Assembly: GCA_013239625.1 (NCBI GenBank)
Contig: MU053504.1
Location: forward strand, 684,001 to 748,000
DNA: 64,000 nt
Direction of reading: 5' to 3'
DNA from: Lama guanicoe
Taxonomy: Eukaryota
Part shown: positions 1 through 13,408 of the stretch, in pieces
Layout of the letters: each line of letters begins with the position of its first letter
How positions within the stretch are numbered: the first letter of the stretch is position 1
Program-made: the position numbers and the translations under genes
Notes under the pieces: generated by a model
What the model saw: only the letters and a program-made list of their open reading frames with translations
Database searches by the model: none
What the model was told of the DNA's origin: nothing

Positions 1-1365
1 ATCATATGATAGTTCTGTTTTTAGTTTTTTAAGGAACCTCCATACTGTTTTCCTTAGTGGCTGCAGCAATTTACATTCCCACCAACAATGTAGAAGGATT
101 TTCTTTTCTCCACATTTTCTCCAACATTTGTGATTTTTAGACTTTTTGATGATGGCTGTTCTGACCAGTGTGAGGTAATACCTCACTGTGGTTTTGATTT
201 GCATTTCTCTGATAATTAGTGATGTTGCACATCTTTTCATTTGCCTGTTAGCTGTCTGTATGTCTTCTACTCATTCTTTTATTGGATTATTTGATTTTTT
301 GATATTGAGTTGTATGAGCTGTCTGTATAGTTTGGATATTAAACCCTTGTTGGTAACAACATTTGCAAATATTTTTTTCCCACTGCAAAGGTTGTCTTTT
401 CATTTTGTTGCTGGTTTTGTTTTCTGTACAAATGCTTTTAAGCGTAATTAGATCCCATTTGCTTATTTTGCTTTTATTTCTTTTGCCTTAGGAGACATAT
501 CCAAGAAAATATTGCTGCAATTTATGTCAAAGAGTGTTCCACCTATGTTCACTTCTAGGAGTTTTATGGTTTCAGGTCTTATATTTAGATCTTTAAACCA
601 TTTTGAGTTATTTTTGTATATGGTGTGAGGGAATGTTCTCATTTTATCTTTTAAACATGGCTGTCCAGCTTTCCCAGCACGACTTGTTGAAGAAACTGTC
701 TTTTCTCCACTGTATATTCTTGCGTCTTTTGTCATAGATTAATTGACCATAAGTGCATAGATTTGTTTCTGGGCTCTCTGTTCTGTTCCGTTGATCTATG
801 TGTCTTTTTTGGTGCCAACACCATGCTGTTTTGATTACTGTAGCTTTGTAGTATAATCTGAAGTCTGGGAGGGTTATACCTCCAGCATTGTTCTTTTTTC
901 TCAGGATTGCTTTGGCAATTTTTTTTTGTGGTTCCATATAGATTTTAGGATTAATTGTTTTAGTTTTTGAAAAATTTCCTGGGTATTTTGGTACAGATTG
1001 CATTAAATCTATGGATTGCTTTGAGTAATATGGCCATTTTAATAATATTGATTCTTCCAATCCAAGAGCATGGGATATCTTTCCATTTCTTTGAATCATC
1101 TTCAGTTTCCTTCATCCATGTTTTATAGTTTCCAGAGTATAGGTCTTTCACTTCCTTGGTTAAGTTTATGTCTATGTTTTATTTTTTAATGCAATTTTAA
1201 AAGAGATTTTAAAAACTTTCTCTTATGTATATTTCATTATTAGTGTATAGAAATGCAATAGATTTCTGTATATTAATCTTGCATCCTACAGCCTTGGTGA
1301 ACTCATTTATTAGTTCTAATAGTTTTGGGGTGGAGACTCTAGGGTTTTCTATATAGAGTATCATC
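1..1365 (-). mobile_element. LINE-1 ORF2 fragment (RT C-terminal/downstream region), frameshifted
   Basis: Minus-strand ORFs carry L1 ORF2 peptides ([71 protein letters not shown]) in shifting frames. Confidence 0.93.
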
Positions 1366-2745
1366 ACAATTACCTCAGGATGTATAGCTAAGATTTAAGA
1401 ATTCTTTTTTAAACATAATCATAATACCATTATCACACTTAAAATTGAATAATTCCTTAATATCATCTAATATTTGTCAGCATTTAAAATCTCCTGCTTG
1501 TCTCCCAGATACCATTTTTTTAAATGGTTTGTTTGAGTCAGGATGCAAAAAAGATCCATTGGTTACATTTTGTTGTTATTTCTTTTAGTTCTCTTTTGAT
1601 CTAAAGGATTTCCCCTTCCCTCTTACTTTTAACAACTGTTTGCTAAAAAAAAACTTGGTCTGCAGGAAAAATCTGCAGAATTTCCCACATCTTAGCTCAT
1701 ATGCCTTTGGTATCATTTAAAATGATCCTATCTCCCCTGTATTGACTGTAGATGGAACTAGAGGGTCTAGTTGATTAGGATCAGGTTCATAATTTTGGTA
1801 AGAATACTTCATGATTCTGACAGCTTCTTACTACATTACATGAGAAGGCATGTGATATTTGACTGTCTTTCTTTTCGTGCCACTAGATTGACTAGTGGCT
1901 TTGGACACTGTCATCTCAATCCACCTAAAGTTCTCCACTAGCCCTTAGACCAGTGTCTTTAACAGCTGTAGACAATTATTATCTAGATCCATCACTTCCT
2001 TAGGGATTGCACACTGGTGATAGTCTAATGCTACCATTCCTTCTGCCTTTATTAGTTGGAATTATTCTTTCTCTCATCAACTTTTTTTTCTTTTTTAAAA
2101 AGCAGTTTTATTTAGATATAATTCACATATGTACCATATAATTCACCCACTTCAGGTGTACAATTTAGCAATTTCTATATTCACAGAGATATGTAACTAG
2201 CACCACAATCAATTCTACACCATTTTATTTTGGAACTGGCTTTTTCAACTCTTCTTGGTTACTCTGACATACAGTTCTTACAGGAAAGGCAGGATAAACG
2301 TCTTTGCTTACTATCTTTGGGATTTCATGGTAACAAGTTGGTGCCTTAGTAATCTCCAAAGTGACCAATGACGTTTCTTTAACATATTTGATGAATGTCA
2401 GTATAGTGTAATCTTTATCCTTTTTAATGCTCAAATTGTCACATCTTTGAAAGCCTCCTTTACGTTAGTTACTGAGTCTTTTTATACAACTTCAGGAGAC
2501 GTGAGAAGCTTCCTTGCTTCTAGTACAACAAAATATTCCAAGCTCATTTTACACATTTCCCTGTTCAAGGTCTGAAATCAGTCATTTCCCTGAGGACCGC
2601 TGGTTCTCTCTTAGTGAAAGTGTAGCCTGGAGACCATATCTGTGTATAGCAGTCATCATTACTACTGGGTTGTCATTGTTTCCAGGTTCTTGTTCCCTCC
2701 ATCGACTATAGTAAAATTATAAAAGTATATTTTGATATATTACCC

Positions 2746-2871
2746 TTTTTTTATTATTTTTAGGGAGGAGGTAATTAGGTTTATTTATTTATTTAATGGA
2801 GGCACTGAGGATTGAACCCAGGACCTCATGCATGCTAAGCAGGGACTCTACCACTGAGCTACACCCTCCCC
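2746..2871 (-). mobile_element. tRNA-Ala-derived SINE (camelid Vic-1-like)
   Basis: Reverse strand reads GGGGAGGGTGTAGCTCAGTGGTAGAG...GGTCCTGGGTTCAATCC (A and B boxes), then an AT-rich tail; flanked by an imperfect TSD (tattacccttttt / tattactcattttt). Confidence 0.88.
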
Positions 2872-5435
2872 TATTACTCATTTTTTAGAAGCAGATATGT
2901 ATATGCTTGTATTTCCTACTCTTATCATAAAAAGTGGTGTGCTCCCTACTCTGTTCTACACCTTGCTTTTCTTGTTTAATGATATCCTGTGGTCTCTCTG
3001 AAGCAGTGTGCTGGGTTTTTCTCATTCCCTTTTATAGTAGCATAGTACCCCATTGTGTGACTGCACCACGGTTTATTTACCAGCTCATCTTTTGTTCTTG
3101 CAGATAGTGGTGTAATCAAGAGCCTAAAAATAAGTCATCTTGCATTTATGTTAGTGTATACATTTCTAAAAGTGGGATTGTTGGACTTTTTTCGGGACAT
3201 GATCAAATGACTTCAAGAACATTTTATCTCCTCATGTGTTGTATTTAAGATTTGTGGTGCAGGACCACAGCATCATTTATCCTACGGTGAGTTTTTTTTA
3301 ACCTCTACTGAGGCAGTATACGCTATCAGCTGCCACATGAATTATGAGATTTTTTCCCATAGGTTGTTGAAAACAAGCACTACTCTCAGCTTTGCGTAAG
3401 TTCCAGAGGTTTTTTTCCCCTGAGGCCATGTAATGCACACATATACATGTAGGTTCTCATGTACATACACTTTTGGTACTCGGTGGAATGCTGAAGATAT
3501 TTGGAGTTCTCTCGCCTCTTTGGTGCTCTGAAAACTCTACCACTTTGCCCTCCTTAGACTTCTAACTCCTTCTTATCAACTCAGGGAGCTGTCCAGGCTC
3601 CTTCTGAGTTCTCTCTCTCTGCATGGTGGCCTGGAAGCTTTCTGAGACCGTAAATTGGAGGCAGTTTTGGGTCTCACCTCATTTGTTTCTCATCTGTTAG
3701 AGGTCACCGTCCTTTGTTGCCTGACTTCCAGGGTCTTGTGAACCACTGTTTCATATAGTTTGTATAGATCTTTAGTGAGTGAGGAAATCCAATCCCTATC
3801 TCTGTTTTGGTAGAAGTTGAGTTAAGTATATAATTGACTTAAATTTGCTATTGTATTTGTGCTTGTCTTTTCCATTATATCTTTTTTTTGATATATATAT
3901 AAAGATTATTGATCTGTTTGGTCATTTTTTAACTTGCTATGGTGCTAAATTATCTCATTGTTTGTAAAGCTTAATGTTGCTCTATTAAGTTTTCCAGATG
4001 CCATGTCATCTACAAGGGGAGATCATTTTCCTCTGTAATTATTATGCTTTTTATTTCTTTCTCCTCCATAAAAACACTAATACTTCAACATGATGTTAAA
4101 TAATATTAGAAGTGGTGGGCGTGAGCGATTTGTAAGCTATTTAATATTCTAGCAATTTTGTCTTTTTGAAATGTCCCTCTTAAAGTGCTCAGTCCTCCTA
4201 ATCTGTAATGACCCAGCAGCCATTCCTGTCCCTCCTGTACAGCTGTTATCTTGGGGTCTCCAATCTCCTATTTGTGCTTCCCTTTCTTATGTCTTGTTTA
4301 ACCCTTGTTTTGGTAAAGCAAAAAGGGTGCATGAAAGGTAGTTCTTGGTGATCTTACAAACTCAACAAACTGTCTGGGTGTAGAATTTTAGGTTGGAAAT
4401 CAGGTTCCCTAAGAATTTTGAAAGCAGTAGTCCTTATACTCAATCTTCAGTGTTACCTTGGGCATCTCATGCTGATCTCATTCCAGTGGTTCACATACAA
4501 CTTACTTTCTACTTTCAAATCTTGAAAATCATATGACCTTCTCTTTGCCCGAAAGACTGCCCACCATTCTCTTTGTTTCTCCATGCTCCTCCGGTGCTAA
4601 CATTTAAAAGATTCAAAAATTCTGTTATGTATGTTTCTGTGGTTCTTTAAGACTAAATTGTCACTTCATTATTTTATAGGTAAAACACTATAATTATTAA
4701 TTCATTAATACTCTGTCTTTTTTTAAATGGATGCTGTTTAGAGTCTTGCAGGCTTTGTTTTCAGCCACGATTATATCATCCAGGACCAAACCTAAGAATA
4801 TACAGGACTTACAGAAATCCAGGACAAAATTTAGGAAGCATCAGGATTAGATATTCCACATCAAAAAATGTGATTTTATAATTTTCTCCCCAAATAATTG
4901 TATCATCCTTTGTAAATGTATTGTTCCTTGCTTTGAAGATTTTTTAAAAGTCTGATCGGTTTTAATATTCTGAAAGCTGATAATATACACTAATATAATA
5001 ATTCTTATGTTACAGGCGCTCTTGAAAGTATTTCACATTTATAAATTCATTTACATTTACAATTCTCACAGTAAATCCACTAGGTGAGCACCACTTCTAC
5101 CCCTATCCTATGGAAGGGGACACTGAGACACAGAGAATTTAAGAAACTCACTAAAGTCACAGAGCTTGTTAATAGCAGAGTTAGAAGTTGAACCCAGGCC
5201 ATTTGGCCCTGGAGTCTGTAATTTTACTCACTCTGATTTCCAGTCTATTTATGTGCTTTTGGAAGCTGCACAGTTCTACATTTTACTCTGCTCCTCCTCT
5301 GTGACTGCTCACTATCGCCATCTTCTGTCCTCAAGCTTGACACAATGGCTAGTGGCAGGGGAGTCTTGGGCTAAGGGCTTGGGGGTTGTGAGTGTCTTAG
5401 AACAGAGGGCTGGATTTTCAGGGATCTGGACTTAC

Positions 5436-5789
5436 CAGACACAAATACCCAGGTGCCTGGTCCAGACTTATACTCCACGTCACCAGGGAATCCTCTCTGG
5501 AACTTCACACAGTAGTAGACACCGGCGTCTGCCGGGGTGATGTGACTGATGCGGATGGAAAAGTCCATGTTGTCTCTCCTTGTGGTGTCTGAAGCATTTG
5601 TTACTCTGGGGAAGTGACCTCCTTTGTAGTCGTAGATTAACTCCTGGCCTGGCCCTGTGCCCCTGAACCACTTGATGGGCCCCACAGGGAGCAGGGAGGT
5701 CGTGGTACAGGGCAGAGTGGCCGTCTCTCCCGCTGCAGCCAACACTGACATCTTAGGCTGAATCACCTGCAGCTCCTGACCCGCCACTC
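5436..5789 (-). CDS. SIRP gene A, IgV exon (SIRPalpha/beta1 D1-like), intact
   Basis: Acceptor tttccttccag and donor GTAAG; 354 nt, phase 1/1. Encodes [11 protein letters not shown]...TLPC...IKWFRG...HFPRVT...[22 protein letters not shown]...GPGTWVFVS, with both Cys and the core Trp. Confidence 0.93.
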
Positions 5790-7607
5790 CTGGAAGGAAA
5801 CGCAAGTTAGCTGCAAGTCCCCTGCCCTGGCCCAGCTGGGGCCAAGCAGGTGCCTAGGTCCAGGCTGCAGTTGAAATTTCATTAATTCTTTCTTTTCAGC
5901 CCATGTATCTGGGATGGACAGACTGCTGACCTGGGTGCTGAGAGTGTCATAGAGACAAGACAGGTAGACAGCCATACCTTGCAAAAGCCACATGCAGAAA
6001 AGACATGGCAGAAGAAACAAATCTATGAACAGACAATCAACAATTCCTAGTAAACGATGAAATGTACACTTAATCGTAAGTCAAATGCTAAAGTCCACAG
6101 CAGAATACTTGGGAAAGTTAAAAAAAAATGAAGTCAGATTTGAGCAGATTCAATGTTAGAGCACAATTTTAGGGTGCATAATAGAGACTAGTTACCAAAG
6201 TAGATAGAAGGTCAGTGAAACAGAAGAGAGAGCCTAGAATTGGACCAAGGTACTATGCTGAATTACCACGTGATGAAGGTGACATTTTTGTCTGTGGCAG
6301 AAAACTATCTGGAAGAAAGCAAACACAACCCTTAAAAACTGGCTGCTTCCAGGGAGTGGGATGGGAACGGACATTCATTCTTTACTTATGCATTCCCTCC
6401 CTGGTTGGGTTTTTTATGTCAAGCCTGTATTGTGAAAGTAAAATAAAATGAAGCACGTTTCCTTTCTGTAAGTTATGAACAGACACAGTTTTTAGAAGAT
6501 TATCTTGGCAAAAAAATGAAAGAGGTTTCCAGTTTTCAGTGTTGCCAAGAGTACAGCTGGGCAGACACGGCCACGTCCTGCTGGTGGAAATCTGAATGAT
6601 GGAACCTTTCTAGGTGCCACTAATGGCATCATAGTTGTGACCCTGTGATATGTATACACTTGCTCGAGCTGTGGTTTAACAAGCAGAGGGGAAAGGCTTT
6701 AACCAAATATGTTCCGATCATAAATATTGAGTAAGTCCACTATCCACTGCTCTCCTGTGTTGTAATGAATTGAGGTAATGTTTTACTTACATTGAGACAT
6801 CCATGTTTTATTGGGAAATCCTATATTTCAAAAGCCTTCAAAATGTATGCATACCTTTTGACCTAGCAAGTTCTCTTCTGGGAATTATTCAGTGAAACAG
6901 TCAGACAAGGGTGAAGACATTTTGTAAAGGAATGGCAATCACAGTATATTTACAGTTTTGAAAAGTTTGATATGAGGTACCTGCCCAAGAATAGGGAGTT
7001 CATTAAATAAGTGAAGGTACACACACACGATGGAAAAGTATCTAGCTATTAAAAATAGTGGGGAAGTATCTATTGGGGATGTATTGATGATGACATAGAC
7101 ACATATATCAGCATGGGAGAGGTCTCCGATTTATTATTAAGCAAAAGAGCAAGATAACAGAACACCATAGTTAGTGCAAATCTGTTTTTGTTAAAAATTC
7201 AACATAGATGAAAGCAGCACAGTGAAGAGATTAAGGCGAGGGCTTGTGGGCTTCCACTGACCTGGGTTCAAATGCCTCAAGTGGTTGCTTGATGTTTAGC
7301 CTTGAGAAAATTACTTACTCTCTGAGCCACAATTTCCTTCTTTATGCAACATATTTAGTAGGAAAATAAGACTTCTTTTGTGACTTTATGTGAGAGTGAA
7401 TCTGAAAACCTCTGAGATACACTCAGGACAATGTCTGAGGGGCCTCCCCAGTGGGAGGGCCCTGGCCTGAGCACCACCAGGCTGATGTGGGCTCGAGGCC
7501 CAGCTGACAAGCCTGGTGATTCTTGAAGGCCACTCCCTTCCTCTGTTCCTGCTTCCTCTTCTATGAAGCATGATGGATCATTTCTCTTTTCTGTGTCTGC
7601 TGTGAGG

Positions 7608-7729
7608 TTTTTTTTTTTTTTAATTGAGTTATAGTCTGTTTACAATGTTGCATCAATTTCTGGTGTACAGCACAATTCTTCAGTCATCCATGAATATACT
7701 TATATTCATTTTCATATTTTTTTTCACCA
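7608..7729 (-). mobile_element. Short 5'-truncated L1 3' end with TSD
   Basis: Poly-T followed by L1 3'UTR-like sequence related to 60876-60990; tgctgtgag is repeated on both sides. Confidence 0.7.
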
Positions 7730-8784
7730 TGCTGTGAGTTTTAAATGAAACACAGGCTTGTCAAGGACACAGAGTGAATGCGGTAATGGCCAGAATCAGC
7801 AGGACCACTTTATGTTCATACGTGCAGTTAACAGCCAAAACTTACACAGAAGCTTCTGTTTGCCACACATCACTCTAAACTCTTAAAAATTTAATTTTCA
7901 TTTAATTTTCGCCACAATCCTATTAAGTAAGGCATTGTTACTTACCCATATTCCTGGATAAGAAAACAGAGGCACAGAGATGTTTCATAACTTTTCCAAA
8001 GTCAAACATGGTATAAGTGATAAAACTTGGTTTTGAACCCTGGCACATTGTTTTCAAAATACATTTATGCCTTTAACCACTTTCCTAGAAAATCACCTCT
8101 CAACTGAGATGTTAACACCACTGGGAAGGGAGGGGTGCCTCACCTTTCTGCCTGGCTCTGGGGTCAGCTGTGGAGAGAAGGGAGTGGACAGGCAGGATTA
8201 ACTCTCACATCAAGAATATAATACTGAGATGCTGAGATTCTGGGAGACTTAATAGTCTACAAAGAACTGATTTTTTCTAACTTTTTAATAGTTCTCCATT
8301 CTGTATGTAGTACTTGCCATATACCTATTTGTCTGTCTAAACTGTATCCACCTTAATTTAGGCAGCCCTGACTCCTAGGTTTTATGGTCTCCAGCAGGTC
8401 AGAAGAGTCAGATACCACATCTCCGCCTTGTCCATTAGGATGGCACCAGGTCCCGCAGTTCACCCCAAGGGGTCCAGGAGACATCACAGGGTGTCAGGAT
8501 TGTGGGAAGTTAGGAGGGATTGGTTAACCCCTGTCACTGAGAAAAGCCTGCCTGGACCTGCAATGAAGAGGAAAGGACCTCTGTAAGTAATAAGAACTCT
8601 GGGAGATTTGTTTGGGAGATCCTTGTAGAAGAGAATATTTAGAGAAATGTCTTGGGCAAGAGGCAGCAAAGAAAGAGGTTCTGGAACAGAGATCCATCTG
8701 CCCCACTGCCAATGGGAAAATGATATCACTACCAAACTCAGGTGAGCATCCTGGTGCAGTGGTACCTGAAGGCTAGGTGCTTAC

Positions 8785-8860
8785 CTGTGGGTCCCAGTAG
8801 CAGAGGCAGCAGCATGGAAAGGAGGGGCAGGCAGCACAGGGAGGCAGGGATGGGCATCAT
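8785..8860 (-). CDS. SIRP gene A, leader (signal peptide) exon
   Basis: GCCACCATG Kozak; encodes MMPIPASLCCLPLLSMLLPLLLGPT(G); phase-1 donor CAG|GTAAGC is compatible with the V exon at 5789. Confidence 0.9.
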
Positions 8861-8955
8861 GGTGGCCTCTGGGGCCTGCTTTCTCTGAAATGTTGTGCTG
8901 GAGAGCCTGGAACTCTGTGCTCTGTGGTGAGAGGTGAAGCCTTGTCTCCTGATAT

Positions 8956-9032
8956 AAGAGGAAGTAACTATGATGAGAGGAAAGGGCTGTCAGATTTTTG
9001 ACAGTTCCTTCTTCTAGATGATGAAACAGGAA
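8956..9032. promoter_or_regulatory. Candidate myeloid promoter of gene A: PU.1/ETS box AAGAGGAAGT (8956-8965) and IRF-ETS-like GAAACAGGAA (9023-9032)
   Basis: About 100 bp upstream of the ATG, and positionally conserved with motifs upstream of the gene C and gene B leaders. Confidence 0.55.
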
Positions 9033-11917
9033 TCAGACACAAGTTAAGAAATTACTGCTGTGAGGGTCCCAAATGCTCGGAAAGGCCCTGGGAGACTGTC
9101 TTAGTGCCTAATTTCTGACCCCTGGGCCCCCACACTCCATCTCAAGGGTGCTGGTGGACCTTCCTCATCCAGGAGCCTCAGGGACTAATTTTGTCATATG
9201 GAGGATATATTCAGTCTTGTGTGACAGTCCAAAAAGTGGACTCAGTGACTGCATGGCTGCTCGCAGGAGGTCTCCTGGGAATGGGCCCCAAGGGAGTGGA
9301 GCCCTGTTCTCCCCACTCCAGAGGTGTCAGTGGTAAAAATGAGCAGTGTCTGATGGACACCACTGGCTTTGAGACTACACTGCAGGGAACATGGCTTTGG
9401 GTGAGCAAGGAGTTAGGTCCCTGGAGGGTAAGGATGACTACTATTTTAGAGAATAGAGGAGGCCTGTAGAAGAGGCCTTAGCATGTTTGTCCTGTGGGGA
9501 GGGCAACACAACCAGATCACAGCTGGCAGGAGCAAGGTTGCCTCTTCTGTCGGCTCTGGTCTGGAGCCAGCTCTGGGCAGGAGGGGAGGATGAGCAGGGG
9601 AAACTCTCACATCAAGAACGCACCTCCCATTTTCTTCTTGCACCAGCAGCCTTGTCTTGCTGTAGTGAAAACAATTCCCCAAGTACCCTTGGCCGTGAGA
9701 AGCAGAAAAAAAGAAAAAAGCCTTGTCCAAGTACCCCACTTCAGATTCCAACATCTTAACTCCCCATCAGGCTCTTCATTTTGTGTCCCCATCCACCCAG
9801 TTAGTCAAGCTAGCAAACCTGGGTATCATTTTTGCTAAGCCCTCTCATTCCCCCACATCCCTTCATCTAAATACATCTTAAATACTCCGGTGTGTCTCTC
9901 TCCACATTCATCCCTGGTGGGACAGCCTGTCCATTTGCCTCACTCACTCCTTCCCTATGTCAAATTTTTCCTCATCATGTAGCCAGAGGGCTACTTTAAA
10001 AACAGAAATCTGTGTCACTCTCTTTAAGTGCCTTCGCTCTGCTCTGAAGGTAAAACTAGATTCTTCTCATGTGCCCAGCTCATCATGATTGACCCAAATG
10101 CTTTGCCAGCCTCGGCTATGAAGTCCTTTCAGTCCTGTGTGGGCTCAGCTACACTGTCCTTTTGGCAGTGACTCAAACTCCCCATGTCCTCCTTTTCTTC
10201 CTTGTACTGGGGATGCTCCTTTTTTCCTCTATATTATTGATAAACCAAAAGCACTCTTAAGTACCTCATCAGACTTTGTAATCGTATATTTATGGTCGAC
10301 ATTTGCTTTCCCCACCAGAGTGTGTTCCTCAGTGGGAACAGAGGTTGGGTCTGCTCTGCTTCCCACAGAGAGTGCTCAACAGGTGGTCTTGGACCAAGGA
10401 GGGACTGGATAGTGGATTCATGGCAAGTATGTGTGCAGTGACTCCAGGTGTCAGTGACTGGTCTGGTCTTCCCCAGAAGCAGTGAGCCACAGGATCCCTA
10501 CTTTTCCTGGTGTCCCACAGACTCCCTCTCCTTTTCTTCCTTCTTGGGGCTCCTCTATTCTTGGAAGCCCTGGGAGCCTGACAATCAAACTAAACCACAG
10601 AGGTGGCCTCACAGCAACTCAATCTTGACCTCACTTAGTTGGGCTGGACTCTCCTTTTAATAGTGGAAGCTCCCCTGGGTGAATGTTACGAGGAGACAAA
10701 GAGGCAGACTTCTTGGTGTCTCAATTGTAGGTGCCTGGCTCATTGGTAAGCTTTGGAAAGTACTGGAGAATGGAATGGTGGTGGTGGGAAGCCTTAGGCT
10801 TGTGGGATGGGATAAAGTCTGGGTATATTAACACAGAAGACATCAAAAATTTCATGCATGGCATGTACAGACCATTCCACTAGTTTAGAATTAGACCTTA
10901 AGACTCAGGTGAGATCCCTAAGGGTCGGGGTGGGCACAACTGAGAACCAAGAGAACATGAGTGGGTCTTTTAAGCTAAAGTCAAAGCAGTAAACTGTAGA
11001 ACTAAGGCTTTTAATGCAAGAGTCAGGTGACTAGTGGAGAAAAGTTTTTGAATTCCGACTGCTTTATATTGTAAACAGCAACCGAAGTCCTGAATGGAGT
11101 ATCTAGTCATTCACTTAGGAAGTCTTTATTAAGGATCTGGTTGGTTCCAGCCACTGTTCTAGATTAGGGTGTATAATAGTGGGAAAAAAAGGCAAACCCT
11201 CAGTCCCCAAAGAGCTAACATGCATTTGAGTGGGGCCATATAATAACAGCCAAGTAAATACATAGAATGTCAGACGTGAGATTGCTAAGAGAAGCATATG
11301 GCAGCATAGCCGGGATGGGATACTAGGCTTGGGTGGTACTGCTTTATATAGGGCAGTCAGTCTCTTAGAAATAACAAGATATTTCGGTAGAGACTTGGAA
11401 GAAATGAAGTAGTGAGCTGTGCAGATAATGGGAGGGAATTGTTGCAGGAAGACAGGATAGCAAAGGCAAATTCCTAAGGGAAGACAGTGAAGGCTAAGGT
11501 CCCACTGTGGCCAGAGCCCAGTGTGTAAGTGGGAAAGTGGCAGGAGATGAAGTCAGAGAGGTGGGGTTACCTGGAATAAGGGCTCGTAGACCATCATGGA
11601 CTTCTGGTTTACTCTGAGATAGCAAGGAAGGCACTGGGTTTGAAGAGTGGTGGGATCCTTCTGGTTATTCTGAGGAGTGTAGCCTGAGGTGTGTAAGGGT
11701 GGACACAGGGAGACCAGAGTTAGGGAACTATGGCAGTAGCCCAGGTGAGTAATAACGATGACTTAGAACAGGGTGGTGGCCTTGGAGGTGGTTGGAAGTG
11801 ATCAGATTGTGGGTCTGTTTTGAATGTAGAGATGATAAGATGTGCTCTACAACTTGGATGTGGGGTATGAGGCAAAAGAGGACCAAGGATCATTCCAAGA
11901 TTTAGGCATATGCCGTT

Positions 11918-12460
11918 GAGAGTCTTTAAGATGGCTCCCAATGATCCCTGCCTCCTGGAGTTCACATCCTTGTGCAACCTCTTTCCCTTGCGTATGGGCT
12001 GCACCTGGTGACTCAGTTCTAAGTGAACAGAATATAGTAAAAGTGATGAGATGTCACTTCCATAACGTAGTCTCAAGTCTGCGACTGCTGTCTTGCTCTT
12101 TCTCTCACTCCCTGGCTACACTAAGGGAGATCAGCTTCTATGTCGTGACGTGCCCTGGGGGAAGACCCATGAGGCAGGGAACTGATGTCTGGTGTCTTGG
12201 CCCGCAAGGATCTAGTCCTGTCACCAGCCATGGGAAGTGAGCTTGGAAGCAGATCCCCCCGACCCCACCACTAAAGCCTTCAGTTGACGGTATCCCTGAC
12301 TGACACCCTGACTGAAGCCTTTATGAGACTGTGAACCAGAGGACCCAGTTAAGGCACACTCAGATTTTTGACTAAGATACACTGTGAGAAAATATCTATT
12401 GATTTAAGCCACTAAATTGTGGGGTAATATTTAAATTCAGGAATAGAAAGCTAATATAGA
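11918..12460 (+). mobile_element. MaLR (MLT1-type) solo LTR
   Basis: Starts aagatggctcccaatgatccctgcctcctgg and ends aagccactaaattgtggggtaat...gctaata, typical MLT1 termini. Subfamily not assigned. Confidence 0.65.
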
Positions 12461-12734
12461 TCCTAGAGCTTTAAAAGCAGTGTTGGGAATCATGTGGGAC
12501 GCTCTACAGTGTCTCTTCCCATCAAAGTTTTACAAAACCAAACCTTTTAAGCTGGAGACGTTGTAGCCTGGGCCCAGGGGGAGACGAGTTGAACTCATGG
12601 ACACTTAGGAGAGTGGCATTCAGGATCCCTTGCTCTGCTTTCCCAGGAGGTGAAATGAGCCCCCCAGGGTCTCCTGTTCAGCATCTCTAGGTCTTGTCCC
12701 GAGACTCTTTCTGGGAGCTCTGTGGTCTTTAAAG

Positions 12735-12850
12735 GAGTGTGGCAGGCAGATGGTCCGTAGTGAAGCTCCCAAGACCTAGATGGCTTCTTCTCTTTCCTTC
12801 TCTCGGGGTGAATTCCTCAGGACAGAAGACAGTAATAGAGACTGAAGTTC
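12735..12850 (-). pseudogene. Remnant of a SIRP-beta-type terminal 3'UTR exon
   Basis: Reverse strand tcagtctctattactgtcttc...gagagaagga...atctgcctgccacactcct aligns by eye with gene C's 3'UTR exon start (tcagtctctgctgcctgcttc...ggagaagac...gtctgcttgcccctacactcct). Confidence 0.5.
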
Positions 12851-13294
12851 CCACAGTGCAGGAAAGGGAACAGCTGTGAGGAAACACGTCCAGGCGTCTA
12901 CTCAGTTAGTCAGTGCAGGCTTCCTGAGTGTATGCTCATGCCGACATCTCTGCTCAGTCTGGAGAGATGTGGGGAGTTATGGGGAGTTGATACTCAGCAC
13001 TGGGAGATCAGAAGCTGCCCCTTCCTTGCATCCTATCCTTCTGTTGTCCCTTAGACATCTTCTGCAAATCCTTGATCAAGCCCCATTCCTGTATTATCAA
13101 ACTCCAGCTACTTACAAGATTCTAGGAATCCGTGGGGGAAGTAATAGCTGTGTGTCTTTTTCATATTTCCAGGTGCACCTTAGCACCGTGTGAGCTGGTG
13201 GCCCCTTCTTGGACTGATTTTAATCTTAGCCTGCTCCTGGGCCAGGCTGTGGCCACCACTTTGTCCTACCCCCTTGAGTCTCCTCTCAATCTAC

Positions 13295-13408
13295 TGTCAG
13301 GTCTTCTGCCTCATGCAGAGGAGAGGTAGATACCTCCATCACTAGCAACACCTTGTGGTCCACGAGAGCCCCCAATGGAAGGGTGGGGGACAGGAGCCAA
13401 CAGAATAC
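13295..13408 (-). pseudogene. Decayed SIRP-beta-type transmembrane exon (Lys-containing)
   Basis: Reads ALVDHKVLLVMEVST, then after a frameshift CMRQKT*; compare SIRPbeta1 LLGPKLLLVVGVS...WKQKA*. No intact AG acceptor seen. Confidence 0.65.

Noticed and set aside
188..1151. Functional reverse transcriptase gene
   Set aside because: Frameshifted fragments of L1 ORF2; the plus-strand ORF is antisense L1.
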